A stretch of DNA of 64,000 bases from an uncultured Acidimicrobiales bacterium (lineage in GTDB: Bacteria; Actinomycetota; Acidimicrobiia; Acidimicrobiales; SZUA-35): the NCBI GenBank assembly GCA_963723995.1, contig CAVRSZ010000001.1, forward strand, positions 118,114 through 182,113, in the 5' to 3' direction. Position 1 is the first letter of the stretch, and each line of letters starts with the position of its first letter. The position numbers were made by a program, and so were the translations under genes. This document shows, one piece after another, positions 9,045 through 18,720 of this stretch. The notes under the pieces were generated by a model, which saw nothing but the letters and a program-made list of their open reading frames with translations, was not told the DNA's origin and made no database searches.

Positions 9045-9654
9045 GTGGGTAGACAGCGAGACACCACACCGCAAGCACGAACAATCCGAACGCGATGCCG
9101 AACACGAGACCGAGACCTCCGGAATCACCGGTCTCGGAACCGATGATGAGGGCGAGCATGACGAGTGAGATGGTGTCGGTGATCGAGCTGGCACCGACGA
9201 TCGCGGCGACGGCCGGGTTCTTCGTCAACCCGTAGCGGCTCACCGTTGGATAGGTGATCAGCGTGAACGACGCCCACAGCGAACCGATCAACACCGCAGC
9301 CGTCGTATCGATGCCGAGCCACATCGCGACGCCGGTGCCGAGCACCAGCGGGATGAACGCCGTCAATAGCCCGAAGCCTGCCGAGATGCGCCGGAAGCGG
9401 ATGAACGAATCGATATCGAGCTGCAGGCCTGCGAGGAAGATCAAGTAGAGAATCCCGATGCTGCCCACCGATTCGAGCGTCGTAATGCTCGGCAACACAT
9501 CCAACAGGTTGGGACCGATCAGAGCACCGCCCAGCAGCAGCCCCAGCAACCCCGGCATTCGTAGCCGTGCCGCCATGAGCGACCCGAAGACCACGATCAA
9601 CGCCACGGCCGTGAAACCGAACGCCGACCCCTGCTGGACTTCGTTCCACGTCAT
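9045..9654 (-). pseudogene. 5' ~200 codons of a cation:proton antiporter (CPA2/Kef-type), truncated at the transposon junction
   Basis: MTWNEVQQGSAFGFTAVALIVVFGSLMAARLRMPGLLGLLLGGALIGPNLLDVLP...GIAFGLFVLAVWCLAVYP, after which the ORF turns into non-membrane nonsense to 8599. Confidence 0.7.
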
Positions 9655-10133
9655 CGTTCACCTCCCATCGACCAGCGGACGAGCAACACTCGTTGCGTGC
9701 TCCGGGCCGTCGTCGCCCCGTCCATGATCGCAAACCAGAGCTGCCGGAACCGGCTCTCAGGCCGCTGCGTCGATGCGCTCGTTTCCGAATCCCACGGGTG
9801 GTTCCGCTGTGGACGGCGGGTCGGTTGATCTGGTGGCCCAGGACGGCAAGTTGATCGCGTCGGACGACGACCGCCTATTCGGCCCCACAGGGTCACAACG
9901 TGGTTGGCAGGATTTGCCGCAATACTGTTATTGCTGTCGGTTTCGCATTGTCTCGGTTGCCGGCCACAATCGGGTTGGGCGCCGTTGCGTCGCAACCTTT
10001 GGACTGCTGCGCAGGAAGCGACCTCAAGGATGGATGACGGGAGCAGGTTTGAATCGAACACTTGACCAGGTTGTCGAAGAGGGCGAATGTCCGAAGCGGT
10101 TCATCATCAACCGTTTTCTCTCCGACAAGCCTT

Positions 10134-10163
10134 TGTGACAATGAGGGGCACCGTATTGTCACA
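10134..10163. promoter_or_regulatory. inverted repeat TGTGACAAT-N12-ATTGTCACA spanning the SDR start codon
   Basis: The 9-bp arms are perfect and the ATG at 10141 lies inside the left arm. Confidence 0.4.
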
Positions 10164-10917
10164 GGCCCCACAGCCCAGCTTTTCCCTCGAGGGCCGAGTT
10201 GCGTTGATCTCCGGCGCCAGCCGAGGCATCGGCCGGGGACTCGTCGATGCCCTCGCCCGGGCCGGCGCGACCGTTGCCGCCGGTGCACGCACGAAGGACG
10301 CCTTGAGCGACCTCGACGCTGCGGGCCCAGCCGTGCACCCCTACCGGCTTGATGTCACCGATCTCGACAACATCACCACCACCATTGACCAGGTCGTTGC
10401 CGACCATGGATCGCTGGACGTCCTCATCGCCAACGCCGGACTCGGAGACAATCGCCCCGCCGTCGACGTCACCGAAGACGACTGGGACACCATGATGGCC
10501 GTCAACCTCAAGGGACTCTTCTTCACGTGTCAGGCCGCTGGCCGCCACATGATCAAACAAGGCAGCGGCCGCGTCATCGCGATGAGCTCCCAGGCCTCGG
10601 TGGTGGGCATTGCCGACCACGCCGTCTACGCAGCCTCGAAAGGCGGCGTCAACCAGCTCGTGAAGGTCCTCGCTCTCGAATGGGGCCCGCTCGGCGTGAC
10701 TGCCAACGCCATCGCCCCCACCTTCACCTATACGCCCGGCACCGCCGAACGGCTCGACGACCCCGACTACCGAGCGCGAGTCATCGACCGCATCCCCGTC
10801 GCCGAGGTGGCCACGATCACCGACATTGCGGGCGCCGCCATCTACCTGGCTTCCGACGCCGCCCGCATGGTCAACGGCCACATCCTCCTCGTCGACGGCG
10901 GCTGGACCGCCCAATAG
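10141..10917 (+). CDS. SDR family oxidoreductase
   Basis: GRVALISGASRGIGRGL (TGxxxGxG), NAG, and S...YxxxK (YAASKGGV). Confidence 0.85.
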   Translation: MRGTVLSQAPQPSFSLEGRVALISGASRGIGRGLVDALARAGATVAAGARTKDALSDLDAAGPAVHPYRLDVTDLDNITTTIDQVVADHGSLDVLIANAGLGDNRPAVDVTEDDWDTMMAVNLKGLFFTCQAAGRHMIKQGSGRVIAMSSQASVVGIADHAVYAASKGGVNQLVKVLALEWGPLGVTANAIAPTFTYTPGTAERLDDPDYRARVIDRIPVAEVATITDIAGAAIYLASDAARMVNGHILLVDGGWTAQ

Positions 10918-11049
10918 CGTGGCGCTCCAGGTTGCTGATGGACAGCATGTGGTAGCGGCTGAACAAGGCGGTGTCGACGGTGAAGAAGTTCCAGGCATCG
11001 GCGGCTTGCGAGTGTAGGAATCACCACCAGGTGTCGTCCTGGCCTTGTT

Positions 11050-12036
11050 GTGGTTCGGGTCCCGGGTTGCCGCGACGCCATCGAAATGCGACGCTGGACA
11101 AAGCAGCTACGACGTCACGGAGGGAGAGATCGCATGCCGAGCGTGATCGCACGGGCCCAACGACCGGTGGTGCGACAGATCGGGAAGCGGCTCGCCGCAG
11201 CCGACACACCCGAACAGATGCGAGCATTCATCGACCGGGTCACCACCATCCTTCTGACGCCGACCAGGGGCGTCACCCGCTCGAACGCCACGCTGGGCGG
11301 CCTCGCCAGCCTCCGGATTGAACCGAAGGCTTCTACTTCCGGCGATCGAGGCCTTCTGATGTTCCACGGCGGGGGCTATGTGTTCGGCTCGCCGTCGATG
11401 TACAAGCACCTGGCCGGGCGGATCGCCAAAGCTGCCGGTGCAACCGTACACGTGCCCTCCTATCGGCTGGCACCAGAGCACCCGCATCCAGCTGCCATCG
11501 AAGACGGACTGGCCGCGTACCGAGCGATCCTCGACGATCACGAACCCGAACGGCTGGCGGTGGGCGGCGATTCCGCCGGCGGGAACATGGCTCTCACCGT
11601 GCTGATCGCTGCTCGCGATGAAGGGCTCCCGATGCCTGCGTGCGTCCTGCTGATGAGCCCGTGGACCGATCTCACTGCGACCAGCGACAGTTGGATGACC
11701 AACGTCGACAGCGAACTTCTGATCCGCCCCGAGGCGATTCGGCGGGTGACCGGGTGGTACTGCGGCGAAAGCGACGCCGGCGACCCGCGCCTCTCACCGC
11801 TTTTCGCCGATCTCCGAGGCTTGCCGCCGATGCTTATCCAGGTCTCCGACGAGGAGATCCTCTACAGCGATAGCACCGCCCTTGCCAAAGCCGCACTCGC
11901 CGCGGATATTGACGTGCGGCTGGAGGTGGCGAACGGCATGTGGCATGTGTGGCAGCTCCAGGCCCCGATCGTGCCCGAGGCCCGCGCCTCGATCAAATCG
12001 GCCGGTGAGTTCATCCGTCGGCACACGGACCGATGA
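11050..12036 (+). CDS. alpha/beta hydrolase, hormone-sensitive-lipase-type esterase
   Basis: HGGG box LLMFHGGGYVFGSP and nucleophile GDSAGGNMAL. The true start may be ATG 11134. Confidence 0.8.
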   Translation: MVRVPGCRDAIEMRRWTKQLRRHGGRDRMPSVIARAQRPVVRQIGKRLAAADTPEQMRAFIDRVTTILLTPTRGVTRSNATLGGLASLRIEPKASTSGDRGLLMFHGGGYVFGSPSMYKHLAGRIAKAAGATVHVPSYRLAPEHPHPAAIEDGLAAYRAILDDHEPERLAVGGDSAGGNMALTVLIAARDEGLPMPACVLLMSPWTDLTATSDSWMTNVDSELLIRPEAIRRVTGWYCGESDAGDPRLSPLFADLRGLPPMLIQVSDEEILYSDSTALAKAALAADIDVRLEVANGMWHVWQLQAPIVPEARASIKSAGEFIRRHTDR

Positions 12037-12241
12037 CAGGATTGACGCCATCGCGCGATGAAGTCGAAACGGCCGACTGAGGCTGAGGAGACGACGACGA
12101 GTGAGGTAATCCGGGAAGCGATCCGACAGTTCCTGGAAGGGGCCTAAATCGCCGTCCAGCCCGCAGCTCCGGACCAGGGTCTGCCCGCAGGCCCCGGTCG
12201 GCGCAGCGGATCGAGTCGGTTGTCATCGCACGCCTGGTTGC

Positions 12242-13207
12242 CTACTGCTGGTTGAGATGGCCGATCAGCGCATCAACCTCGTCGGCGACGACGCTGGGTT
12301 CGATGACGCGAACCGGGGCGCGAAGCGCCACTCGGGCCAGCGCCATGACGAGTGACTCGAGCTCGTTCGCGCCAAGTCGGATCGTGCACGAGTCGGCTTC
12401 AGTGTCGACCGGCGTGTTCTCAACCCATGACAATGCCTCGGCGACCTGTTCGTAGGGGGCCTGCACGGCCACGAGCGTTTCGATGTCGCGAGGTATCGAG
12501 GCGACCGAGGCCGCAAGGTATGCAGCAGCGTTGCCGCCGGGGATGTCGCGTGGCGCGAATCGTCCACCGGCAAGTTGCACGTCGCTGAGTCGGTCGAGGC
12601 GGAACGTGCGCCAGCCGGTACGCCGAAGATCCCATGCGAGGAGGTACCAGAGGCGGCCAGCGGAGAGCAACTGGTGCGGTTCGACCAGACGACGGCTGTC
12701 CTCGCCGTCGCGGCGTTGATAGTCGAAGCGGACTTCTTCGTGGGCTCGACACGCCGAGGCGAGCACGCTGAGTGTCTCCGGGGCGACGACTCCGCCGTCG
12801 CCGTGCGCTCGACGTAGCGATACGACAGCGCCGTCGAGTGCGGACACACGACGCCGTAGGCGGTCGGGCAGTGCCTGTTCGACTTTGGCCAGTGCCTGCA
12901 CCGATGTGTCCTCGATGCCGGCGATCGCAGCGCCGGCGGCGGCGCGCAGTCCGACTACGACCGCCACCGCTTCGTCATCATCGAACACCAGTGGCGGCAG
13001 GTGCGCACCGGCCGCCAGTCGGTATCCGCCGTCGCTGCCCGGTGTGGCATTGACCGGGTAGCCCAGATCGCGCAGTCGATCGACGTCGCGGCGAACCGTT
13101 CGCTCGGTGACGTCCAAGCGCTCGGCCAGTTCGGCCCCAGACCACAGTCGGTGGGTCTGCAGCAGCGAGAGGAGTTGCAGCGCCCGCCCGGTCGGATCGT
13201 TTCGCAT
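12242..13207 (-). CDS. YafY-type HTH/WYL-domain transcriptional regulator
   Basis: GRALQLLSLLQTHRLWSGAELAERLDVTERTVRRDVDRLRDLGYPV...GGYRL, plus the central WYLLAWD (WYL) motif. Confidence 0.85.
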   Translation of the reverse strand: MRNDPTGRALQLLSLLQTHRLWSGAELAERLDVTERTVRRDVDRLRDLGYPVNATPGSDGGYRLAAGAHLPPLVFDDDEAVAVVVGLRAAAGAAIAGIEDTSVQALAKVEQALPDRLRRRVSALDGAVVSLRRAHGDGGVVAPETLSVLASACRAHEEVRFDYQRRDGEDSRRLVEPHQLLSAGRLWYLLAWDLRRTGWRTFRLDRLSDVQLAGGRFAPRDIPGGNAAAYLAASVASIPRDIETLVAVQAPYEQVAEALSWVENTPVDTEADSCTIRLGANELESLVMALARVALRAPVRVIEPSVVADEVDALIGHLNQQ

Positions 13208-13303
13208 TTCTCAAGCTTCCCACATATTGCGGACAGAATCTGTCCGCAATGAGTTCTACGGTGGGTTCCGTTCGGAGATACCCCAGAAGAAGGAGGACAT
13301 GCA

Positions 13304-14251
13304 GTGTCCCATCCAGCAGTGTTCAATCCAGCAGAGTTTCCCGAGCCCACGATGATTTCGGTCAATGGTGTGGAGCTCGAAGTGTTCGAAGCAGGCCAAG
13401 AGAACGCAGGACGGCCCGTCGTGCTCTGCCACGGCTGGCCGGAGCATGCCTTCGCGTGGCGCCATCAGGTGCCGGCCCTTGCCGAAGCGGGCTACCACGT
13501 CATCGTCCCGAACCAGCGAGGCTATGGCAACTCGTCTTGCCCGAGCGAAGTCACGGACTACGACATCGAGCACTTGTCGGGTGACCTCGTCGCGCTCCTC
13601 GACCACTACGGATACCAAAACGCCACCTTTGTCGGTGAAGACTGGGGCGCGATGATCGTCTGGGGGTTGACCCTCTTGCACCCAAACCGTGTGAACGGAG
13701 TGATCGCCCTGAGCGTGCCCTATCTCGACCGCGGCGACCAACCCTGGGTCGAGTTCATGGAAGAGATGCTCGGCAGCGACTACTACATGGTGCACTTCAA
13801 TCGAAAGCCGGGCGTCGCCGACGCCGTGCTCGACAAGAACACTTCCCAGTTCCTTCGTAACCTGTACCGGAAGAACCAGCCGCCGGCAGAGCCTCAGCCA
13901 GGCAACGCAATGATCAACCTCGCCGAAGCAGAGATCCCTGTCGGCGATCCCGTCATGAGCGACAGCGAACTGGCTGTCTTCGTCTCCGCCTTCGAAGCAT
14001 CAGGGTTCACGCCAAGCATCAACTGGTACCGGAACCTCGACCGCAATTGGCATCTGTTGTCGGACGTGGATCCACTCATCCAGCAGCCCGCACTCATGAT
14101 CTATGGCGACCGCGATCTTGTGGCCAGGAATGAACGGATTGCAGAGTTCGTGCCCAATGTGCAAGTGGTCAACTTGGACTGCGGCCACTGGATCTCGCAA
14201 GAACTGCCGGACGAAACAAACCAAGCGATCCTGAAGTGGCTCGAGCAGTGA
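13304..14251 (+). CDS. alpha/beta hydrolase, epoxide-hydrolase-like
   Basis: PVVLCHGWPEHAFAWRHQVPALAEAGYHVIVPNQRGYGNS...GEDWGA. Confidence 0.85.
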   Translation: MSHPAVFNPAEFPEPTMISVNGVELEVFEAGQENAGRPVVLCHGWPEHAFAWRHQVPALAEAGYHVIVPNQRGYGNSSCPSEVTDYDIEHLSGDLVALLDHYGYQNATFVGEDWGAMIVWGLTLLHPNRVNGVIALSVPYLDRGDQPWVEFMEEMLGSDYYMVHFNRKPGVADAVLDKNTSQFLRNLYRKNQPPAEPQPGNAMINLAEAEIPVGDPVMSDSELAVFVSAFEASGFTPSINWYRNLDRNWHLLSDVDPLIQQPALMIYGDRDLVARNERIAEFVPNVQVVNLDCGHWISQELPDETNQAILKWLEQ

Positions 14252-14655
14252 ACGCCGACGGCTCGCCCGGGGTTTCGGCCGATATCCGGTTTGGGGTTGC
14301 GACGCTCTCCATTCTCTTCCCGATCGGCTTGGCCTCGTTGGTCGTTGGGCTCGTGGCGCTGATCGGCGGCGGCCGGCTGGTCACGTCCCTGCCGGCTCGG
14401 CCGGATGAGAGTCCCCGCTGGACTTGCGGGGGCGTTCGGTTCTGCCGACCACTGTTGCAGGACGCGTCGCAGTCCTGTGCTCGGTGTTGGTCTTCATCCC
14501 GTTCACCAGCGGGGCGATGTTCGGCGCCCCGATCTTCTTGTTCCTCGGTGTACGCAAGGGTGATCGGGGCCTGTTGTTGGTGCTGCCCGTGCTCGTGTCG
14601 ATCGTCGTGATCGGGGTGATCGCCATTGTGGTTTGGGCGGTTCTTGTTGGGTAGA
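14252..14655 (+). pseudogene. 3' fragment of the 25187-26119 membrane-protein gene, frameshifted
   Basis: Begins directly after the hydrolase stop. It corresponds to ..NADGSPGVSADxRFGV.. through the C-terminus of the full copy. A missing G (..gctggac-ttgcggg..) splits it into two frames. Confidence 0.75.
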
Positions 14656-14699
14656 GGCGTACCGGGCACCCCATGGAGCCCGTCGGACCGGGGTGTCTG

Positions 14700-15080
14700 T
14701 CAGGCTCGGTACACGTTGACACTGTTGGCGTGATCGGCCAGTGCGCGTAGGTCCTTGAGGTCGCTGGTGAGCACAGCGCCACCGGGTTCAGCGAGTGCTA
14801 CGACGATGGCGTCAACGGCGGAACCTTGGCCGGCCAGCGCACGCAGAGCACCTGCTCGGCGGGCGAGGCGTTCGGGCAGTTCCTCGATGATGTCGCACGT
14901 CTTGAGGAACCGATGGATGTTGGCATCACTTCGTTGCCGTCCTGAGGTCGACTCGGCGAGTACGGCCGAGGGGACCGCAGGCGGCCACAAGCCGTCGCGT
15001 TTGAACACCGCTATCAGGGCAGCGGAATCTTGTCGTCGTCGGGCGAGACGGCTCACACCGCCAGAGTCGAGAACGAGCAA
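14700..15080 (-). CDS. vapC: PIN-domain toxin VapC
   Basis: MLVLDSGGVSRLA...AVLAES...AVDAIVVALAEPGGAVLTSDLKDLRAL. Lies 3 nt downstream of its antitoxin gene. Confidence 0.85.
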   Translation of the reverse strand: MLVLDSGGVSRLARRRQDSAALIAVFKRDGLWPPAVPSAVLAESTSGRQRSDANIHRFLKTCDIIEELPERLARRAGALRALAGQGSAVDAIVVALAEPGGAVLTSDLKDLRALADHANSVNVYRA

Positions 15081-15083
15081 CGC

Positions 15084-15350
15084 TCAGCCGATCCTGGCGG
15101 CGGGGGCGTTGGCCTGGATTCGTCGTGACAGCGCTTCGGCCTTGGCCAGTGCCTCGTCGGTAGGTTCACCAACATCGTCGATGAGTTCGGCCAGGTACCG
15201 GTCGGTCTCTTCAAGCAGAGCCTGATGTCGCAACTCAGCCCGCACGGCATCTTGGAGGAGTTCCGAGGGTGACAGCCCGCGTTCTTTGACTGCGTCGTAG
15301 AGTTCGTCGGGGAGGTACACCTGCATCCGTGGCATACGTCTACTATACAC
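15084..15350 (-). CDS. RHH/CopG-type antitoxin (VapB-like)
   Basis: MQVYLPDELYDAVKERGLSPSELLQDAVRAELR, a ribbon-helix-helix N-terminus. The start may be the internal Met. Confidence 0.75.
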   Translation of the reverse strand: MYSRRMPRMQVYLPDELYDAVKERGLSPSELLQDAVRAELRHQALLEETDRYLAELIDDVGEPTDEALAKAEALSRRIQANAPAARIG

Positions 15351-15638
15351 ACTCCGAGTGTCATCGAGGAGTTGTGGGGGGTGTGTCGGTCTGCTGACGG
15401 GCTGCTAACGGAAGCGCCAGGTAACCAGAATCGAGCGGCGACGTCGGCGCGGGCGATGGGCTTGGCGAGGTGGATGGGGGACTTGGCGGTGGGCGTTGTA
15501 GCGGCCGGTTCGAGGCTTGTCGGTGAGGGCTAGGGGCGGACGATGGTGACTAACCGTTTTCCCGCTGCGGATGCGGTCGCCGCAACATTCCGATGGATCG
15601 TCGGGTCGAGGTGGAGTCAGGCACAGGATCCGTGCCTG

Positions 15639-16031
15639 TCAGTAGACCTCGAAGCGGGCGTCCAGCGCCGACATGTCTTCGCGGTCTGAGGTGAGAATGA
15701 AGGTGCCCAGACCTTCCGCGACCACCGCAAGGTGGGCGTCGACTACGTCAGCGGTTCCGGATGCGGCGAGCCTGTGTCCAACGCCTACTGACTCGTCAAG
15801 GGGGTGAATGTCGAAATGGCGAAGTGCCCGGGCCAGATTCGCCTGTCGTGCCGGCTCACGCCAGACTTGGGCGAGCACGGGGTGGGTCGTGTGCAGGTCG
15901 TCGCCACGTTCGGTTGCCCGCTTGATGATGGCCCAGAGTCGAGAGTTCAGGTTCTCTCCGTCGACGATGAAAGGGCCCGCATCGATAATCAACGATCGAC
16001 TCCTTGTCGGTCGAGCACCGTGTCGGCCCAC
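15639..16031 (-). CDS. vapC: PIN-domain toxin (VapC-like)
   Basis: LIIDAGPFIV...VVDAHLAVVAEGLGTFILTSDREDMSAL. The real start is probably inside the track ORF, near the antitoxin stop. Confidence 0.75.
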   Translation of the reverse strand: MGRHGARPTRSRSLIIDAGPFIVDGENLNSRLWAIIKRATERGDDLHTTHPVLAQVWREPARQANLARALRHFDIHPLDESVGVGHRLAASGTADVVDAHLAVVAEGLGTFILTSDREDMSALDARFEVY

Positions 16032-16234
16032 TCCAGATGCTTCCGGTCGATGGGGCCTTCGTCGGCCTCCCAGGAAGCGATCATGTCGAGCATTGCCTGA
16101 CTGCGCCGGCGGCGCTTCACCTCGGCCAGGAGAGATCGCTTGATGGCCAGCTTCTTCGTGCCGTCCATCGCCACCAGCTCGGCGAGTGCCGCTTCCATCT
16201 CGTCATCGAAGTTGATCGTCGTCTTGCTGGCCAT
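15989..16234 (-). CDS. antitoxin partner of the 15639 PIN toxin
   Basis: 81 aa, immediately upstream of and overlapping the toxin. MASKTTINFDDEMEAALAELV.. is RHH-like. Confidence 0.6.
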   Translation of the reverse strand: MASKTTINFDDEMEAALAELVAMDGTKKLAIKRSLLAEVKRRRRSQAMLDMIASWEADEGPIDRKHLEWADTVLDRQGVDR

Positions 16235-16320
16235 ACAAGTATGGTACCGGACCTGTAGATCTATGGCATCAGGACGGTAGACATGGGCGCCTGGAGTGAG
16301 TCGGTATCGCGCCGTCGGGG

Positions 16321-17052
16321 ATGGCTGATGTAGGTTGGTGTGACGCCGGCACGATCGACTGGCACGAGAACCACAAGCTCCTCAAGGTCGCCTTCCCGGT
16401 CGACGTGCGGGCCTCCTTCGCCCGCCACGAGATCCAGTTCGGTCACATCGAGCGAGCGACCCATCGGAACACGAGCTGGGATGCGGCCCGATTCGAGACC
16501 TGTGCCCACACCTGGGTCGACGTCAGCGAGGACGGATTCGGCGTGGCGCTGCTCAACGACTGCAAGTATGGCCACGACATCGTGGGCAACGTGATCCGCC
16601 TCCCGCTCCTTCGGGCCCCGACCTGGCCCGATCCGGTTGCCGACCGGGGTCGCCACCGCTTCGCCTACGCCCTGTTCCCCCACGCCGGCCCGCCCACCAG
16701 CGGCCGGGTGATCCAGGAGGCGCACGCCTTCAACGCACCGCTGCGGGTGATCCCTCTGGCTGCAGGGCCAGGTGGTGTGCATCCGGCCCGGCACTCGCTG
16801 GTCGAGCCCGGCGATCCGGGTGTGGTGATCACCGCGGTCAAGGCGGCCGATGACGGCGAGGGCATGATCGTGCGGCTCCACGAGGCCTTCGGAGGGCGCC
16901 GCCGGGTGAGGTTGCGGATTCCCGGTGCCACGCAGGTCGATCGCGTCGATCTTCTGGAGCAGCCGACCGCCCACGACCCGCCGGCCGTGCTTGACGAGGC
17001 CGTCGAACTCGCTCCAAAGCCCTTCGAGCTCGTGACTCTTCGCCTCCGCTAA
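16321..17052 (+). pseudogene. C-terminal fragment of a GH38 alpha-mannosidase
   Basis: HENHKLLKVAFPVDVRASFARHEIQFGHIERATHRNTSWDAARFETCAHTWVDVSEDGFGVALLNDCKYG matches the recalled GH38 C-terminal domain. The ~700 N-terminal residues are absent. Confidence 0.65.
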
Positions 17053-17103
17053 GCCATCGGCGGCAAGGCCGTGATCTTGGCACGGGCCGGTCGATGCGTC
17101 CTG

Positions 17104-17769
17104 TCACGGGGCCGCAGTTGGGTGGCGAGAGATGGTTGCCCACGGTCGACCATCGCGAAGAATGGTGACGGAGCGGTCTGTGTCGATCAGGTCGCCTATT
17201 TCGCCCCATCGGTCGCTCAACTGGGACTCGTCGAACGCATCGACGCCTGGTGTGCCGATCTCGGCGAGGACCGCGGTCATGGTCGCGGCACGTGCTTCCC
17301 GCTCGGCTTCGGCGTCGTCAGGATCGACGCGGCGTTCATCGAGCAGCCAGTCGATGGCCCGGCACTCACCGGCGGCGTTGCTGTACTCGAACCATCGTTG
17401 GCGCAGGTCGGGGAACTCATACAGGGTGCTGCGGAAGCGGCCGAAGGCGCCGCGCCCTTCGAGCGCTCGCGCCAGTAGATCGCACGCCCTGGCGTCGGCG
17501 ACCGACTCGGCGAACTCGACCATGTCTCGGTAGGCGTGGCGCGATCCGATTGAATCGATCGGGACCAAGCCTCGTTCGTATGGGTCGTCTTCGTCCTCTG
17601 CGTCCATGATGTACGAGTTGGGGAAGCCGATCTCGACCTGACCGTTTGTCGGGTCGTACCACCAGCTGGTCTCAACGCTGTTGTCTCCCAGCGCTTCGGC
17701 GAGTCCGGCGAGATCGATGTCGGCGATCGACCGCGTCGAACGCTCGTCGTCTGAGGCTGCATGTCGCAT
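17104..17769 (-). CDS. UPF0158-family protein with C-terminal extension
   Basis: WWYDPTNGQVEI...LVPIDSIGSRHAYRDMVEFAESV...ALEGRGAFGRFRSTL...WFEY, the recalled UPF0158 pattern. An extra ~70 aa tail ends ..RSVTILRDGRPWATI. Confidence 0.6.
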   Translation of the reverse strand: MRHAASDDERSTRSIADIDLAGLAEALGDNSVETSWWYDPTNGQVEIGFPNSYIMDAEDEDDPYERGLVPIDSIGSRHAYRDMVEFAESVADARACDLLARALEGRGAFGRFRSTLYEFPDLRQRWFEYSNAAGECRAIDWLLDERRVDPDDAEAEREARAATMTAVLAEIGTPGVDAFDESQLSDRWGEIGDLIDTDRSVTILRDGRPWATISRHPTAAP

Positions 17770-17786
17770 GGCACCATTATGAACCA

Positions 17787-17920
17787 GCGTGGACGTGAGA
17801 CTCGACGGTGGTGACCCAGGGGTGTCGCGGCCGCCAGATGCGGCCCTAGGGTGCTGGTTACCGCAAGACGTCGCGGGAGCCCGAACGGCGGAGGTTGTTC
17901 AAGTCCCCTCCGACACACTC
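17787..17920. repeat. conserved intergenic element, copy 1 (boxes CGTGGnCG..CTCG / CCAGGGGTGTCGC / GGAGGTnnGTTCAAGTCCCCTCCGAC)
   Basis: Shares three ordered sequence boxes, with similar spacing, with 28988-29096. It lies just 5' (minus sense) of the UPF0158 gene start. Confidence 0.45.
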
Positions 17921-17939
17921 GTCAGTACACGCTGGGTTC

Positions 17940-18353
17940 TCAGACGGCCACGACATCGATGAGGTCGTCGAGGGCCCTGAGGTCGTGAGGATTGCGGGTG
18001 AAGAGCGGGAGATTCTCAGCCAGAGCAGTGGCAGCGATGAGAAGGTCCACTGCTCGGGTGCCACGTGGCTTGCGTCCAGTGGTCGCGACTGCGGAGAAGA
18101 CTCTGCCGTAGGCGCGGGCCGCGTCGGCACCGAACGGAAGCGGGTCGAAGACGGCCTCGGCCCGCTGGAGCCGGTCCTGGCGGCGGCTGCGTTCGGCTGG
18201 GTCGTCGGTGGCGTGTGGACCGGCGGCCAGTTCGGCCAGGGTGAGGGCGCTGATGGCAACCTCGAGGGGGAGTGAGCTGACGGGGATACGTTCGAGATCG
18301 ATGACGACCGACGTGTCCAGCAGTCCTCGTCCGGGTCGGCTGGTGCTAGGCAC
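17940..18353 (-). CDS. vapC: PIN-domain toxin VapC
   Basis: GLLDTSVVIDLE...LTLAELAAG...AVDLLIAATALAENLPLFTRNPHDL. Confidence 0.85.
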   Translation of the reverse strand: MPSTSRPGRGLLDTSVVIDLERIPVSSLPLEVAISALTLAELAAGPHATDDPAERSRRQDRLQRAEAVFDPLPFGADAARAYGRVFSAVATTGRKPRGTRAVDLLIAATALAENLPLFTRNPHDLRALDDLIDVVAV

Positions 18354-18600
18354 GGGGGGCGAAGTGCTGGTCGGCGATCTGGTCGAGGTCGTGGCTGAGT
18401 TGATCGAAGTTGACGGGGGCGGCGGTTCGGAAGAGCTCGATCGCGGCCTCGGTTCGGACGAAGCGGTGACGGCGCAGCGGGGTCAGCTCGCCGATGGGTA
18501 CACCGTTGCGAGTGACAATGAAGGTCTCGCCCTCGGTGAGGGCGCGCATGATCCGCCCGCTGTCGTTTCGAAGCTCTCGCTGGCTGATCTCGCTACTCAT
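18346..18600 (-). CDS. Phd/YefM-type antitoxin
   Basis: An internal ATG at 18600 gives MSSEISQRELRNDSGRIMRALTEGETFIVTRNGVPIGELTP. The gene overlaps vapC by 8 nt. Confidence 0.75.
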   Translation of the reverse strand: MSSEISQRELRNDSGRIMRALTEGETFIVTRNGVPIGELTPLRRHRFVRTEAAIELFRTAAPVNFDQLSHDLDQIADQHFAPRA

Positions 18601-18720
18601 GACACCGAGTGTAGCACCATGTGCTACGGCGGCGACGAGGGTTTCTACGGCGCGCCTTCGAAGCGGTGCATGCGGTACTCCTCCCCGTCGCAGTGCATGC
18701 ATTTGTGCTAACCTGAGCGT

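Larger units (their letters stand above)
14249..15439. repeat. segmental duplication, copy A (1191 bp)
   Basis: Near-identical to 25713-26550, with scattered substitutions, one 1-nt indel, and 354 bp (14806-15159) that copy B lacks. Confidence 0.9.

Noticed and set aside
14665-14697. Hairpin GGCACCCC-N17-GGGGTGTC between the convergent membrane-fragment and vapC genes (also present in copy B), considered as a bidirectional terminator.
   Set aside because: The loop is large, there is no U/A tract, and one pair is G.U. This is too weak to annotate as a terminator.
17822-17917. Possible tRNA, or even tRNA-Sec (selC), suggested by GTTCAAGTCC, a GTGTCG/CGACAC acceptor-like pairing, a 6-bp GGCCGC/GCGGCC hairpin and a ~95-nt length. 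Copy 2 is at 28985-29095.
   Set aside because: I could not build a cloverleaf. The stem flanking the TTCAAGT loop has only about 3 of 5 pairs, there is no anticodon arm with U33 and a plausible anticodon, and the D-loop lacks GG. In copy 2 the acceptor pairing degrades. It is kept only as an unexplained repeat.
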